63,412 bases of DNA from Malacoraja senta (lineage: Eukaryota), in contig JAXLNO010000630.1 of the NCBI GenBank assembly GCA_038087875.1, positions 248,001 to 311,412 on the forward strand. The letters run 5' to 3'. Made by a program: the position numbers and the translations under genes. Shown here piece after piece: positions 62,515 to 63,412 of the stretch. The notes below the pieces were generated by a model. That model made no database searches, was not told the DNA's origin, and worked only from the letters and a program-made list of their open reading frames with translations. Within the stretch, counting starts at the first letter, position 1; the number at the start of each line of letters is the position of its first letter.

Positions 62515-63412
62515 TCTATAATACTAAAAGTCTGATCTTGACCACTTCCTGTTCTGTATATTGATTTTAGAAAAAAACGCTGTCACTTACGGCTGTGAAT
62601 TTTGGCCATCTTATTCAGAGTCCCCCTCCGCTGCGCAGGACAAGATGACTTTTCCTATCGATGAAAAATAAAAGAGTTATTAGTGTTTTAAAAATGTTGA
62701 GATTCTCTCTCCTGAAGGCCGCGCCCCTTCCGGAGGGACTATAAAACCAGGAAGTGTTGAGCGCCTCAGTCATTCTCTGCAAGATGGGGGAGCAAGAGGG
62801 TCACGTCTCTCAGTCTGAGCTGTGAATAACACTGAACACATGTCTACTAACCTGTGAGTGGTTTTACTGACTTGTCAGTGCCCTTGATATGGTTTGAAAA
62901 TATAGTTTGGAAATGCTAAAGCTGTGTTGCCTTTGGTTTGGAAATGCTAAAGTTGTGTTGCCTTTGGTTTGGTAATGCTAAAGCTGTGTTGCCTTTGGTC
63001 TGGAAATGCAAAAGCTGTGCAGCCTAATTAAAGTTGTATTGCCTAATTAAAGTTGCCTTGCCTAATTAAAGTTGCCTTGCCTTCTATATAATTTAAAGTC
63101 TAATCTTGACCACTTCCTGTTTGCGCTTTATATTGATTTTAGAAAAAACGCTACCACGTATGGCTGTGATTTTTGGCGATCTTACTCAGAGTCCCCCTCC
63201 GCTCATCAGGTGCCGAGGATTTCTCCCATCGATGAAAAATAAAAGAGTTATTAGTGTTTAGAAAATGTTGAGATTCTCTCTCATGTAAATCACGCCATGA
63301 AGGCCATGACCTTTCTGGTGGGAGGGGGGGAGGGACTATAAAACCCAGAAGTGTGGGCATGGCTCAATCTCTGCAAGATGGAGGAGGGAGAGGTCACTAG
63401 CACTCCAGGAAG
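62515..63412 (+). mobile_element. Further Helitron-type 5' modules (starts at 62515 and 63083) with ~31-bp and ~20-bp minisatellites; runs off the right edge
   Basis: The TCTATA..TAAAAGTC..GACCACTTCCTGTT..TTGATTTTAGAAAAAACGCT block is repeated; internal TTTGGAAATGCTAAAGCTGTGTTGCCTTTGG and GCCTAATTAAAGTTG repeats. Confidence 0.75.

Overview
Repeat-dense vertebrate DNA. The repeat set (CR1 with (TAGAAACA)n/(CAATAGA)n tails, tRNA-head SINEs, Penelope-derived palindromes) suggests a cartilaginous fish; this is an inference. The left two-thirds is a near-identical tandem segmental duplication (about 629-18042 versus about 20360-43475). Each unit carries two minus-strand exons (199 and 79 nt) of an Mx-type dynamin-family GTPase with a shared TAG stop, plus a nest of SINE, CR1, DIRS and 3'-truncated L1 elements. 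Unit 2 also has a full-length L1 with both ORFs intact (23507-30130, 15-bp TSD) inserted into the internal complementary region (ICR) of a DIRS element. There are four DIRS1-type tyrosine-recombinase (YR) retrotransposons, labelled A-D: A and B are duplicated copies, C is 5'-truncated, D is full length. All are pseudogenised and have ATT termini. The most notable observation is a candidate DIRS expression programme: a leader intron ahead of gag, a U-UUU-UUA -1 frameshift-like site with a hairpin at the gag/pol overlap, and a phase-0 donor/acceptor pair that would splice out RT-RNaseH-methyltransferase to make the recombinase. The right third holds CR1, a Penelope fragment with hammerhead-like cores, Harbinger and hAT MITEs, microsatellites, and non-autonomous Helitrons carrying a TATA/Inr module. 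All coordinates were read by eye; fragment boundaries are approximate.
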